NCBI RefSeq assembly: GCF_001194135.2
Contig: NC_068999.1
Span: forward strand, 20,887,571-20,951,242
Direction: 5' to 3'
DNA length: 63,672 nucleotides
Origin: Octopus bimaculoides
Taxonomy: Eukaryota
The stretch's first letter is position 1; each line of letters starts with the position of its first letter. The position numbers and the translations under genes are program-made. Under the pieces are notes generated by a model, which saw only the letters and a list, made by a program, of their open reading frames with translations, was not told the origin of the DNA and ran no database searches. Below, piece by piece: positions 1-13,225 of the stretch.

Positions 1-50
<50 letters not shown>
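1..50. repeat. (AT)n microsatellite
   Basis: Uninterrupted AT dinucleotide run from base 1. Confidence 0.98.
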
Positions 51-57
<7 letters not shown>

Positions 58-61
58 AATA

Positions 62-620
62 TACGAGGTATTATCAAAGAGTTCCTGGACTAGTTATGTT
101 TAATGAAAACCAACTTATTTACCTAGGTTTTAACATCATCGCTTCGAAATAGTCACCTTGCACAGCAATACACCCGGTCCCAGCGTTCCTGCCACTTTTA
201 GAATCCGGCCTGGAGCCTGGATGTCGTTTTCCGTTAGCGAGTCGAGGACTTTCCGCCATTCGCTCTCGATCCCGACAACAGTGTTAAAACAGTAACATTT
301 GAGCTGCATTTTCATCTTGGGAAAGAGATGGAAATCCGCAGGTCCGAAATCTGAGAATTAGGACGGGTGAAGAAGCGATGGTGTGTTGTTTTTTGGCGGG
401 AAACTCACGAGTGAGGAGAGCTTCGCAACAGGGTACCTCAACGTCGTAAAGAATCCAGACTTTAGGCTTGCCTGCACGTACACATACGACTGATAAACAA
501 CATCAGCTATGTCAGTGAATGACCTCCGACGATACTCCTGCACAAGCTGATGAATTTTCTTCACATTTCCGGCGTGGCGTTTATAGCAGTTCTTCCAGAT
601 CGTTCCTCCTCTTCTAAGGA
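62..620 (-). mobile_element. Internally deleted mariner-type DNA transposon remnant
   Basis: Mariner-like end TA-CGAGGTATTATCAAAGAGTTCC at 62. Minus-strand translation gives C-terminal motifs (..HPS*FSDFGPADFHLFPKMKMQLK..KWQERWD..CIAVQGDYFE) and an HTH-region piece (EEERSG..NVKKIHQLVQEYRRRSFTDIADVV). Most of the catalytic region is missing; stops and frameshifts present. Confidence 0.85.
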
Positions 621-621
621 T

Positions 622-822
622 GTGTATCTTTATCCCTGCTTGACAACCAGCTCTAGTGACTTTGACTCCGTAACGTAGTGGTTTTGCAAAAGAAATCGAT
701 ACAATAGGTACCAGGCCGTACAAAATTACTGAGGTCGATTCAGTCGACTAACAATCCTTCAAGGCGGTTTCCCAGCATGGCCACGGTCTAATGACTGAAA
801 CAAGTTATAGAGTAAAGATAAA
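622..822 (+). mobile_element. 3' half of abundant CORE-type SINE (octopus OR1-like)
   Basis: GCTTGACAACC..GCAAAAGAAATCGATACAATAGGTACC..GAGGTCGATTCAGTCGACT..CCAGCATGGCCACGGTCTAATGACTGAAACAAG is homologous (reverse complement) to the full copy at 38111-38526. Confidence 0.8.
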
Positions 823-2588
823 AAAGTTATATGGCCAATCATTCTACAACAGCGTTTAATCCCCTCAAATATTACACACTACAGCCTTATGTATGAGATA
901 ATCATTCTTATACCTGTTATAACGAGACTGACTAGAATGCTTTTGATCACGTCTGATAGATCATGATTGATATAAATCTAAACAACAGAATGTCAAACTG
1001 ACAAGAATTTGTTTGTTTGTTTTTTTCTTATTATTTCAGCTAGAACAATTTGTAGTGCATTCACAACTGCTATCCCTTACATGCCATGTATCTCCTTTCA
1101 CTCCAGCAACAGCTTTTCGTCTACTTTCGATCACATTGAAAAACCTTCTTTGCATCTCAGTATCAGTTCGTCCTATTCACTCGTGCATATCGGGCAGCAA
1201 TTTAATGGCACTGGTCTGTGTCGGCTCATGACGCTACCCAGTGGGGTGGGTAGAGAGTAAGAGAGTGAAAGGGAGAGACAGAGAGAGTGTAAGAGAGATA
1301 AAATGGCATATAAATTAGGTTCACTGGTATTTAATATGCCGCACGTATGCATATAATTGTATCACTGTATCTATGGATGCATGAATGTATTTAATGTCAT
1401 TATGCATGTATACATGAGGGTTTGAGTGAATGGATGGAGGGAGAGATGGATGCAGATAGGCGTGCGCATATAAAAGCCGGAAGTTATCTCAACTGAGATT
1501 CACATATACTACATCAATGCTTTTAAACATAAAAGACTGATGTAAGTATATATATATATATATATATATATNNNNNNNNNNNNNNNNNNNNNNNNNNNNN
1601 NNNNNNNNNNNNNNNNNNNNNNNNNNNNNNNNNNNNNNNNNNNNNNNNNNNNNNNNNNNNNNNNNNNNNNNNNNNNNNNNNNNNNNNNNNNNNNNNNNNN
1701 NNNNNNNNNNNNNNNNNNNNNNNNNNNNNNNNNNNNNNNNNNNNNNNNNNNNNNNNNNNNNNNNNNNNNNNNNNNNNNNNNNNNNNNNNNNNNNNNNNNN
1801 NNNNNNNNNNNNNNNNNNNNNNNNNNNNNNNNNNNNNNNNNNNNNNNNNNNNNNNNNNNNNNNNNNNNNNNNNNNNNNNNNNNNNNNNNNNNNNNNNNNN
1901 NNNNNNNNNNNNNNNNNNNNNNNNNNNNNNNNNNNNNNNNNNNNNNNNNNNNNNNNNNNNNNNNNNNNATATATATATATATATATAATATATATATGTA
2001 TATGTATATATACCCAATACTCATGTTTGTTTGAGAGCGTGGATGTGTGTGGATGTCTACGTCACAATTATATCCACACCTTAGTGTTTCGAGACAGACA
2101 GACAGACATACAGATATACAGAATAAATAGATAAATGAATTGATAGACACGTAGGTAGATACATAGGTAGTTACGTAGGTAGGTATATAGACAGTAAGGC
2201 AAGAAGATAGACAAACTGATAGCTACAAACATACATGTTTACTTGCATAAATTCCGGCAGGTAATAACTCTCAGTTGAGACATTCTTCCTAATTACATTC
2301 CATTGCAGGAGAAATAAACAGGAAACCTTTTATGAAATGACGAGCTGTAAATCTAACATATAATAACGAACTTGTTGATGCGGAATTGATGCTTTTACAT
2401 AATCAACACCGCGCACTGTTAAAGTGTTTTCATAAATTTTGTGTATTATATGAAAGACAGACTTCCATAGCGATAAATATTTTTATAGGAATGTATGCTA
2501 ATAGACACAATTGCGTGTAAACATATGATAATGGGCATATAAATCATTGCATCATTGTAGCATACATATATGTATGTAAGTACGTATG

Positions 2589-2633
<45 letters not shown>

Positions 2634-3177
2634 NNNNNNNNNNNNNNNNNNNNNNNNNNNNNNNNNNNNNNNNNNNNNNNNNNNNNNNNNNNNNNNNNNN
2701 NNNNNNNNNNNNNNNNNNNNNNNNNNNNNNNNNNNNNNNNNNNNNNNNNNNNNNNNNNNNNNNNNNNNNNNNNNNNNNNNNNNNNNNNNNNNNNNNNNNN
2801 NNNNNNNNNNNNNNNNNNNNNNNNNNNNNNNNNNNNNNNNNNNNNNNNNNNNNNNNNNNNNNNNNNNNNNNNNNNNNNNNNNNNNNNNNNNNNNNNNNNN
2901 NNNNNNNNNNNNNNNNNNNNNNNNNNNNNNNNNNNNNNNNNNNNNNNNNNNNNNNNNNNNNNNNNNNNNNNNNNNNNNNNNNNNNNNNNNNNNNNNNNNN
3001 NNNNNNNNNNNNNNNNNNNNNNNNNNNNNNNNNNNNNNNNNNNATATATATATATATGTATGTATGTATGTTTTTATGTATGCATGTATGTATGTAAGTG
3101 TGTGTATGTGTGCGCGCGCATGTGTATATTCTTAATACTTTAATATTTATGTTATTAATATTTGTTAATTGTTAATT

Positions 3178-3325
3178 GTTTCAAATTTTGGATCAAGGCC
3201 AGCAATTATAGGGGTTGACGTTAAATCGATTACATCAACCCCAGTTCTTAACAGATACTTATTTTATCAAACCCGCGAAGAGATATAGCTAAGTCGACCG
3301 CGGCTGAATTATTGAGTGGAAATAC
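3178..3325 (-). mobile_element. tRNA-head SINE family 2 (OK-like), partial
   Basis: AAGGCCAGCAATT..TCGATTACATCAACCCCAG..TACTTATTTTATC..AAGTCGACCGCGG matches the full copy at 61891-62102. Confidence 0.75.
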
Positions 3326-3353
3326 TTTTCAGAATTTTGTTCGATGCTCTAAA

Positions 3354-3367
3354 ATAATGATGATGAA

Positions 3368-3440
<73 letters not shown>

Positions 3441-3450
3441 GTGGTGTTGG

Positions 3451-3508
<58 letters not shown>

Positions 3509-3529
3509 GATGATGATGGTGATGATGAT
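3354..3529. repeat. (GAT)n trinucleotide microsatellite, imperfect
   Basis: Long GAT run with occasional GGT/GTT/GAA units; explains the poly-Met ORF. Confidence 0.97.
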
Positions 3530-3530
3530 A

Positions 3531-5780
3531 GTTTCTTTTATTAGTTAGTACATATTGTAGTATGAATTAGTAAAAAGGAAAGAAATAGATGATAATGATG
3601 TGATTCTCCTGAAACAAGTCCACGTGGCCCAATCGAGGAAACGCACCATCTTAGCCCTCTCAAATTCTTGTTTGCTGACGGACAGGTCGACAGTTAGAGC
3701 GGTACTATCTACTCTTGCCATTTTTGTCACATTTCAATAAATTCGCTCGATAACAGCAACTCTGGCTCTTCCCTCATTTTACTTTTCAAGTTTCACATGA
3801 AAAATTAATAAGGGCTCTACCAAAGAGGAATATCTAAGTCCTCATACATTTCAGCCTCGTCCACCTGAAAACATTTTTCGCAATAGCCACTAGAGAAAGG
3901 AAAACTGCATCAAGCCTCCGGATAAAGGAGGGTGGATGGGTAATCTTTACCACGTACACGGCCGATACACTGATCCGTACCATACGCAACAGCAGCTGTT
4001 CAATATAATTGCAACAGTTTGTAAAAATTGCATGCATCTCGGACTGTACATTCTACGTACCCGTGGAATTTATCTGAAACCGATAGCGCCCAGCAGTAGC
4101 AGTACAGGCCAAGGACTTCTGTAGGTTATCCATGGTAGTTCCTGACAAGAAAATCCACCGGAACAAACTAACCATTTTGCTTGCTTCGACGCCGAATCTC
4201 CCCGAAAATGTCATCATTTGCCACTAATTTTCTATACATTGCTAAAGTTAGACATCCACCAATTTCTTGCTTGACTGGCAGAGGGTTCTGAGTCCCTAGG
4301 AATACTATATGTGCCAAGCGTCCATCCCGCTTTCTCCGTCATCCAGGACTGAACTTCCATCAAAGAACTATGGAAAGACGTGTATTACGAAGAGATTACA
4401 TGCGTTCTTATTATCAAGAAATTGTTGTAGGTGACTCAACCTAGGCGCGTGTCTGCACATAAGCAGCTACGATTTGGCTAAGTCGTCTTGCAGGGTGGAC
4501 TGGTAGCAGACGAACTACGTGGTCATTGAAATGCGTCCTATATACAAGAAAATAAATAACAGATGCTCCAATCAAGTTTTAGCCGGACCAATACACGACG
4601 GTTACGCGATATATAATAAAGAAGACGTTCGGCAACTCAACTCGCAATTTCAGCCTTTCGCCCACTTCTGAGAAAGTGTGGCCGCTTTGTTCTTCACCTC
4701 ATTCCTCGTTCCAATTCTTAACTAAATGGACTGGACTGAACTAGACCACGAAGAGTTTAACGGATCGTAAGTGCAGCGTCCAGCAATGCCACTTAACGGC
4801 AACGACCTAACTTTCCAGGTCACCAACTACGAACCTACCTACTTGTTGGCATTGATTTTGACATCGTTAGTATGGTGCAGAAGGTCTCCACTTTGGAAGT
4901 GTCCGACACCATAACAGTAGTATCGTAGGCGTGCACCGACAGCCCCCTCCCCGGACTCAGTTCGAATGGAGTGTCCCTCAACGGTTACAATTCCCCAATA
5001 GTGGCTCGAGAGCCAGCGTGTACAACGGGGGCGAGAGCAGTCTGCCTGATGGACCGTGTGTGCAAAGCGAAACGACTGGATACATGACCGCTTAGTTTGA
5101 GCACCGAACAGAAACCGCTATGCATTGCAGTGATCCGACCTACAAAAACGAGTCCAAACCTGCTCGATTTCAGGATAACTTGCATGTAACGATAGCCTAC
5201 ACCATCGTAGGTTTCAGATTTATCGAAATTGAAACAAGTCCCACCGTAGCCAGCTTCCGTCCCAACACTCTCCATTATGTAACACATCAGTTGGAAGTTG
5301 CCAGAGTTTGACGTTTTAGGAAACGGGAACATTTGAGTTTCCCCTATCAGATTAGCGACAAGCGCCACATTTTTCGCGATTTCCTTGGCCAGAATTTCAA
5401 TTCTGTGTTTACCGGAGATATGGAACAAAAGTTGCATAGGACCACCTTCTTGTCGACAGCCTTCCTTAGCAGCGTCACCCGGTTAATAGTACTAGGAATT
5501 TTGCCGTTCGGCTGATAGATTCAATGGACGTTTGCCACGAGGCTTCAGGACAAATATGGCAGGAACTCATAGAATTCATAGGACAAAATATCCAAACAAG
5601 ATTTGCGACTTGGGCAAATGTTCATCGCCTTCCGTATGTCAGCGACAGTCATCAGTTTTTCGCAGAACTGCCACTGCAAACAGCTGCGGCAGGCTATCCA
5701 TGTACGAAGTACAGTTCATTACAGTCGCTGACCCTTCTCAAATAGCCACGCAAAGTGTCACCGAGAATAATGAGTATAAG
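3531..5780 (-). mobile_element. Tx1-like (L1 superfamily) LINE, degraded 3' part of ORF2 (RT to C-terminus) plus 3' UTR
   Basis: Minus-strand fragments: LSYEFYE..NGKIP..VTLLRK; EILAKEIAK; FDKSETYDGVGYRYMQVILKSSRFGLVFVGRITAMHSG..SVLKLSGHVSSRFALHTRSIRQ; YIEQLLLRMVRISVSA..PPSF..VFLSLVAIAKNVFRWTRLK; KMARVDST. These resemble Tx1-clade RT and C-terminal motifs. AATAAA at 3537-3542 (minus). Many stops and frameshifts. Confidence 0.85.
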
Positions 5781-5789
5781 ATTTTATGA

Positions 5790-6060
5790 GATTTTATAAT
5801 CCATTGTTAATCAGTGATTGATTCTCGGTAACCAGACATTGTTGTAGTCGGTGAAATGAAGGAAGTTAATATCATAGATATTGCCATCATGGGGATATAC
5901 AAACGAGGATAAAGAGCTAGAGAAGGCTGCGAAGAGCAAGCTACTAAAAAATGAGATTGCATGGAGGTGGGCGATGAAGAAAGTAACTGTCATCCCATTA
6001 GTTGTTGAGGCACCGGAGCATTAACAACCAGACTTGAGAAATTTCATAGAGAAATCTACC
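5790..6060 (+). mobile_element. R4/Dong-like LINE, restriction-like endonuclease (RLE) fragment
   Basis: Translates piecewise to PDIVVV..VNIIDIAIMG..DKELEKA..KNEIAWRWAMKKVTVIPLVV, i.e. the PD..D RLE region; homologous to 18700-19030. Confidence 0.75.
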
Positions 6061-6194
6061 CTAATGTGATTTGTATGGTACCCCTAACACAGCTATTACC
6101 GAATGTGTACCATACAAATCACATTAGGGTAGAACATGCTTAGAAAACTGCCTCCTGGCTTCTTATCACTTCAGCTGCCTTCTATATGATTACA

Positions 6195-6256
6195 TCTGCC
6201 ATTCAGTAATTCTGCCATTCAGTAATTCTGCCATTCAGTAATACTCATTCAGTAAT
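6195..6256. repeat. 16-bp tandem repeat (TCTGCCATTCAGTAAT) x3 plus partial fourth unit
   Basis: Three exact units at 6195, 6211 and 6227, then ACTCATTCAGTAAT. Confidence 0.92.
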
Positions 6257-6755
6257 ACATTATTTCACCGAATATGTGTATCTGACCTGTTGCTTCCCAT
6301 GGAATGTGATAATCATTCTCATTTAGATTGAGTCCCCGCTTTTCACCTACACACTTGCATTTTTATTTCAATGTTATCAAAGCCTTATGTTTCTCGTGTG
6401 CAATGTCATTAGAGTACCAATGTTGGCTTCTTTTCCTTTGACTAGAGCCAGAAGTGATAGAGAACAACTATTAATGATATTGAGAAATATTCAATAAAAA
6501 GACTCAAAATGAGACATAGTAACGTGTTGAATATAACATGTGAGTGTTTGTGTGTGTCAGAGAGTGAGAGAAAGTGACAGAGAGAGAGTGACAGAGAGAG
6601 AGAGAGGAGGGAGAGAAGGAGTGTGTATATCTATATTTTTTATCTGGTATCCTTTATCTTTTATTTGTTTCAGTGATTAGCTATCGGCCATGCTGGGGTA
6701 CCGTCTTGAAAAATTTTACTCGAACGAATCGACAGACAGACAGACAGACAGATAC

Positions 6756-6800
<45 letters not shown>

Positions 6801-6807
6801 TTGATAA

Positions 6808-6853
<46 letters not shown>

Positions 6854-6959
6854 TAGTGCAATTTTAGTACTTAACTATAGTTTGTATCCATTGCGTATGC
6901 TAACAGTGCATGAATGTGAACGCAACAATTCATTTTTATTATTATAGTGTAATCGATGT

Positions 6960-7145
6960 TAGCAGCATTAGACGTTATCCAAATATCTTTTCATTATTTA
7001 GTTAGCTTCTGAATTCAAAACTTGACATTTAAGATTTTGCCTTCTATCCCTCTGGTGTCGATCAAATAAATATCACTCAAGAAGTGGAGCGGTCTAATGA
7101 ATTATGCTGCGTTTCTCACAAAATATGTGGCCCTAAGCCAATTTT
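6960..7145 (+). mobile_element. Degraded tRNA-head SINE family 2 copy with (TCA)n tail
   Basis: TTCTGAATTCAAA..TTTTGCCTTCTATCCCTCTGGTGTCGATCAAATAAATATC resembles the family-2 body. Confidence 0.55.
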
Positions 7146-8779
7146 AATCATCATCATCATTATCATCATCATCATCATCATCACAGAAGATATTCTCATG
7201 GAAAAATGCCTTCCAGTACTTAATTACGAAGATTTGTAGTGAAATCCCAATTAGTGGCGAATTTACTTTTCCTCTATCCCTGGCCGATAAAAGTATTCTT
7301 AAACTACAAGAGCTGGTTAATTCGTACACGATCCCACCTCGAAATCTTTTGTCTTGGTGCCAAATTAAGAAATCGCTTACTATAAATCAAATGTATTCGA
7401 TATGAGCATCTGTAGATCTCTTCATGTACTGTTCATATTATTTTCTTACGTATTTGTACCTATTAAGTTCAAATAACATCCCGTATACTTTTTCTCTTTC
7501 ATCATGTCGAGGCCAATAAATTCATAAAAGTTTACATATACACAATTCTATATAATTAACAACAGACTCATCACATAATCCAATTCTTGAACTTGTCAAA
7601 GATCGCATAAAGATCACACATTTTAGCGAAATATAGAGTGGATTAAGCCAAATCAAGTGCTTCAACGGTACGTTAAATTATGAAACACAGAAGGATAAGT
7701 TGATTTTGACGCCGTTTTAACTCTGTAAGTAAAATGGCTTATTTGAATTCAGGCGGTTAACGGTGCTGCAAATGTTATAATTATGGTTGAAATAGAGACT
7801 GAGGAGCGAAAGAAAATGACTAAGGAATGTCATTTATTATGTCTGTGTTCTGAATTAATTTGCTGACAAGATTGACATTCCTATCGTTCCTTCAATTTTG
7901 ATGAAATACTTAAAACCCTTTATATATTATGGTCACCAGTATATTGCACGAGTACATCACTTTTTATAATTCCGTTTGTATGTTGCTCTCACTTTTGTAT
8001 ATAGCAAAGCAAATTCATAATCCTCTGTATTGCGCGCACACGCATACATATATGCAAATATGTGTGTATGTATATGTGTGTGTGTATTTATGTATTTGTA
8101 GGATTCTGTTTTTTTATGGCGTTGAATAAGTTTATGACTGTTGAATTATTTTCCATTGTGCACGCCTGAAATTTTGCATTTAAATATTTGCATGGGTTTC
8201 CGTTTTCCTTATCGTTCCTAATTTCCCTTCCATAGGGTCTCTATGAGTTTGGAGTTTCTTAAATTTGTGTTTTTGACTCGTCAGTGTTGCTTATGTTTCT
8301 CACATTCAGATCTGTCTTCTATTTTTACTTTCTGTGTTTGTCGTTTTAAATTAGTCGTATTATATTCTTATATGTTATTCATTTATTGAAGGGTTTTTTT
8401 TTTACCGAGCGTCTTCGTGTTTTACGTAAACGTGCTGTGTCATCAAATATGAACTCTTTTACAGACTGTCGTAAATATCTGAGATCTGAGTGATCCCCAT
8501 TCGAGGGACCAAAGTGGCACCGTATATACAAGATCTTTGGTATTACAGCTGGTACGAATATGGAGCGATAATGAATCGCGATGGGGCTGATAAATTTCAA
8601 AATCATGTGTAGTTGGTGTTGTATATATCAATTTTGTGTCTGGCGAAACATTAATTTCTCAAAATGAATGAAATAACTGACAGAGGGACAGACACATCTT
8701 ATATTTATGGTGCAACCGACAAATTTGCTTCAGTACATTTGCGCTCCTGAGAGCAAGAGCAAAAACGGACACACTTTTA

Positions 8780-9062
8780 AATTTTAGGCAGTCACATGGA
8801 TGCTTTCTATGCTAAACAGAGCGTCCACCTCCTACTGCAATAGAAGTAAGTTTTGCACTTTTCCAGTATCCTCCACTTTATATCAAAATAGATTGGGTTT
8901 TCTTTAATTCTCTGTAGATTGTCTATCTCTGATAGTTGAACGAGGACTTGTGGTTGTCGAATGTCTTCCTCAAGGGACCTTGTGACGTGCATACGTACTT
9001 CCGTACATTCACCTCTCCGCTGAGACCGTTTGACAGCGCCTCCGCCTTATACACAATGGTGT
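8780..9062 (-). mobile_element. Penelope-like element, GIY-YIG endonuclease fragment
   Basis: Minus-strand TIVYKAE..RKYVCTSQGPLRKTFDNHKSSF..(frameshift)..IKWRILEKCKTYFYCSRRWTLCLA*K fits the PLE pattern VY..YIG..FK.R..NH..SF..IKW.I..PY..C.LCL.EK. Confidence 0.75.
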
Positions 9063-9139
9063 TATGTATGTATGTATGCATGTATGTATATGCGGGTGTA
9101 TGTATGTATTTATAGTTCACTCTTACTTTTTTAAATATT

Positions 9140-9359
9140 TCAGTCAATTGAGTGTGGCTATGATGGAACACCGCCTTTTTTAGTCGAAGAAATCAACCCC
9201 TGGACTTATTCTTTATAAGTGTGGTGCTTATTTTATCAGGTCTTCTGCCGAACCGCTCAGTTACGGGAACGTAAACACACCAACATCAGTTGTCAAGCGA
9301 TGGGAGGGACAAACACAGACATAAGCACATACACACACATACATACATACATACATACT

Positions 9360-9398
<39 letters not shown>

Positions 9399-9508
9399 CA
9401 CGGATTTCTTTCAGTCTCCGTCTACCAAATCCAGAGGTGCCACGCAACGAGACTGAACCCGGAAACATGTGGGTGGGAAGCAAGCTTCTTACCAAACAGT
9501 CACGCTTG
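9140..9508 (-). mobile_element. CORE-type SINE (OR1-like), near full length with internal deletion
   Basis: Colinear with 38111-38526, including the internal (CA)/(TA) tract; the segment carrying the CORE motif is deleted. Confidence 0.85.
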
Positions 9509-10638
9509 GGCCTATATATATATATATATATACTTGGTGGGGTGTGTAGCTGCGTACATGCATATATATCTATATGTGTACGAGTGTGTGCGTGTGTGGC
9601 TGTGGTGCAAACATATATACGTGCAGGAATGTGCTATGCAAGATAACAGGATTTTTGTTGAGATATGTAGGCTCTAATATGAGATATATTTCACTGCTAT
9701 TTCTAGGAGATTGTTCGATTACGTGTTATTTTTATGATGGTACTATGCGATGTGATTTACATTCGGCTGGTGTATCAGTTCAATTCCATTTATTGAATTT
9801 GTGACTAGACTGTGTCTTTCAGATTTTAAAATTATTCCTTGCAGGCTGATTCTCAGTGTGGTTTGATTCGAAGAATATTTGCCTGCTAGTCCTATGAGGT
9901 CGAGACTCCTTATACGGGATGCATTATCCGTTATATTTCATAAAAAGAATATAACGACCGTAATCATGACGATGATTATGATAATTAAAACTCTTCTTTT
10001 TTTTATGGCAGCACAGCTGCTTATTATGCGATTACGATGATGATGGTGTTGATGATGAAGATGATGATGATGATGATGATGATGATGTTGATGATGATGA
10101 TGATGATGATGACGATGTTCATGATAATTATGATGGAGTCGAAGTTAAAAGTGATCATTATCTGGAAGATCATAATAATTACGATGATATTTGGTTATTT
10201 TTGAGTTCAAAAGAAAAATCGTTTCTTACCAACTTCAGAAGCTGTAAAACAGTAGGATTGTCTTAAAATATGTCTCTGTTGAGACCTTTGGCATTTAGCA
10301 CGGAGGAACTGCAATAAGAACTGCATGATATGTCTAGGTGTGTATGCAAATGTGAGAGTGTCTCCATGCGTAATAATACACACACACACACGCCCAAACA
10401 CACACACACATATATACATATAAATATGTATGTATATATACACACATACGTATACATATATATGTATGTAAATACGCACACATACACACACATATATACA
10501 CATTTAAATATACATATGATAAAGCTAAAAGGAAATATATATTTACACACATGTCCATATATGCCTATATAAAGATAGGAAAACACAAATACATAGAAAC
10601 GCACAGACACATGCACGTACACGTATATTTACCAATTC

Positions 10639-10678
<40 letters not shown>

Positions 10679-11159
10679 AGAAATATTTTTTGAATTCTTA
10701 TTAACCGCTTTATACTTCCATTTTCTTCTGTGGATATAAGATTCCGCAGTTTTTTGTTGTTCTTCTTTTAGTTTAGTTTACAATAGTTTCAGTAATTAAA
10801 TATATTTTGGTTGTTAATTCTGCCTCCCAAATAAATATGATCCATACACTAACGGAAATATATTTACCCAGTGTCTACCCGCTATTGCCTGCTGTAGTTT
10901 ACAACCACGTAGTTTCGATTTCAATCCAACTACTCCAAGCAGATTATCAAGGGACACATAGAATAATTCGGTGTTGAACTTTTACCTACGTTTGAAACTT
11001 CATGGTAGGCCAATACGTCGTAGTATGTGTGTATCTATCTGTCACTGCGAGTGTGTCTATGTTTATCTGTATGTGAGTACACGCAGCTGTGTACCTGTAT
11101 CTACAATTGCATATGTATATTATATCTAGATTTTTATGCCTAAATAATTATATATATAT

Positions 11160-11385
11160 AAATTCTTTTTTTATTTGTTTCAGTTATTTGACTGCAGTCA
11201 TGCGGTAGCACCGCATTTAGTCGAACAAATCGACCCAGGGTTTATTCTTTGTAAGCCTATTACTTATTCTATCAGTCTCTCTTTTGCCGAAACGATAAGA
11301 GACGGAACCCGAAACACACCAACATTGGTTGTCAAGCGATGGAGGAGGGACAAACACAGACACAGACAGACACACACACGCACAT
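11160..11385 (-). mobile_element. CORE-type SINE (OR1-like), 3' half
   Basis: TTTGTTTCAGTTATTTGACTGCAGTCATG..TAGTCGAACAAATCGACCCAGG..CTCTTTTGCCGAAAC..GTTGTCAAGCGATG..GGGACAAACACAGAC. Confidence 0.85.
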
Positions 11386-12222
11386 ATATATATGTATATA
11401 TTTAGATATATACATATATATGTATATATGACCCATTTTGTATTATATATATATNNNNNNNNNNNNNNNNNNNNNNNNNNNNNNNNNNNNNNNNNNNNNN
11501 NNNNNNNNNNNNNNNNNNNNNNNNNNNNNNNNNNNNNNNNNNNNNNNNNNNNNNNNNNNNNNNNNNNNNNNNNNNNNNNNNNNNNNNNNNNNNNNNNNNN
11601 NNNNNNNNNNNNNNNNNNNNNNNNNNNNNNNNNNNNNNNNNNNNNNNNNNNNNNNNNNNNNNNNNNNNNNNNNNNNNNNNNNNNNNNNNNNNNNNNNNNN
11701 NNNNNNNNNNNNNNNNNNNNNNNNNNNNNNNNNNNNNNNNNNNNNNNNNNNNNNNNNNNNNNNNNNNNNNNNNNNNNNNNNNNNNNNNNNNNNNNNNNNN
11801 NNNNNNNNNNNNNNNNNNNNNNNNNNNNNNNNNNNNNNNNNNNNNNNNNNNNNNNNNNNNNNNNNNNNNNNNNNNNNNNNNNNNNNNNNNNNNNNNNNNN
11901 NNNNNNNNNNNNNNNNNNNNNNNNNNNNNNNNNNNNNNNNNNNNNNNNNNNNNNNNNNNNNNNNNNNNNNNNNNNNNNNNNNNNNNNNNNNNNNNNNNNN
12001 NNNNNNNNNNNNNNNNNNNNNNNNNNNNNNNNNNNNNNNNNNNNNNNNNNNNNNNNNNNNNNNNNNNNNNNNNNNNNNNNNNNNNNNNNNNNNNNNNNNN
12101 NNNNNNNNNNNNNNNNNNNNNNNNNNNNNNNNNNNNNNNNNNNNNNNNNNNNNNNNNNNNNNNNNNNNNNNNNNNNNNNNNNNNNNNNNNNNNNNNNNNN
12201 NNNNNNNNNNNNNNNNNNNNNN

Positions 12223-12268
<46 letters not shown>

Positions 12269-13000
12269 TACGTACAATTTGGTCTCTTATATGTAAGTAT
12301 ATATTTATCTAAATCTTGTACGACTCTATTCTTTCTCTATATAATCCCTTTCACGCTTATTTGTTCATTCCACTCTTCATTCTTTCGTTCCCCCTCTCTC
12401 ACATTTCCCTGCCTTCTCTTCTTGCTCACTTTCCCTCCTCTTTTCAACTCACTGTGTCCCTGTCATTTTTTCTCTACCCCCTTAAATTCTTCTGTCCCTC
12501 TGTTTCTACCTTTCTCTCTTCTCTGCCCACGTGACCGGTGTTCGGCCAACCCTGATCTTTCTTTCTTGGTTCGGCCGTCGTCCGTGCGACATCTATATAC
12601 CTCCTTGTGCCTGTGAAATCTTGTAGCCTGCATCTTATTTCGACACATTCCAGCTTAATTTAATTCGTCCTTAGTCGAAAGACACCTATTGTTATGTCCT
12701 GTTATTTGTATTTGTGTAACATTCTCCGTTTTTTCCGTCCTTATTTTCCTATACATTCGCTGCTCTATACCAAGGAATCTAATGCTCTTAGTTTAGTTTT
12801 TCCTTGGGGCTGGCCAGATAAGAGCAAAATACTGAGTATAACCAGCCGAAATTGGAAAGATAATCTGGAACTCGAAAGAGGAAAGAAAACTCCGAATGAC
12901 TCGTTCTTGTTTTCTTTGTATCGTGTACCTGGATGTTTTGTTGTCGCATTTTTCTATCACCTAATTGTCTGGTCGTTTTGCGTTCTTCTCCCATTTTATA

Positions 13001-13074
<74 letters not shown>

Positions 13075-13081
<7 letters not shown>

Positions 13082-13225
13082 GACAGTCTTCTTTCAGTTT
13101 CTGTCCACCAAATCCACTAACAAGGTTTTGGTCGGCCTTAGGCTATAGTAGAAGATACTTGAACAAGGTGCAACGCAGTTGGACTGACCCAGGAACTATG
13201 TGGTTGGTAAGCTAGCTACTTTATT
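13075..13225 (-). mobile_element. CORE-type SINE (OR1-like), tRNA head plus CORE half
   Basis: TTTGGTCGGCCTTAGGCTATAGTAGAAGATACTTGAACAAGGTGCAACGCAGTTGGACTGACCC..ATGTGGTTGGTAAGC. Confidence 0.85.

Noticed and set aside
7184-7405. ~75-codon open frame (QKIFSWKNAFQYLITKICSEIP...) after a CAG
   Set aside because: The 'acceptor' is the end of a SINE (TCA)n tail, there is no recognisable domain, and the length is expected by chance.
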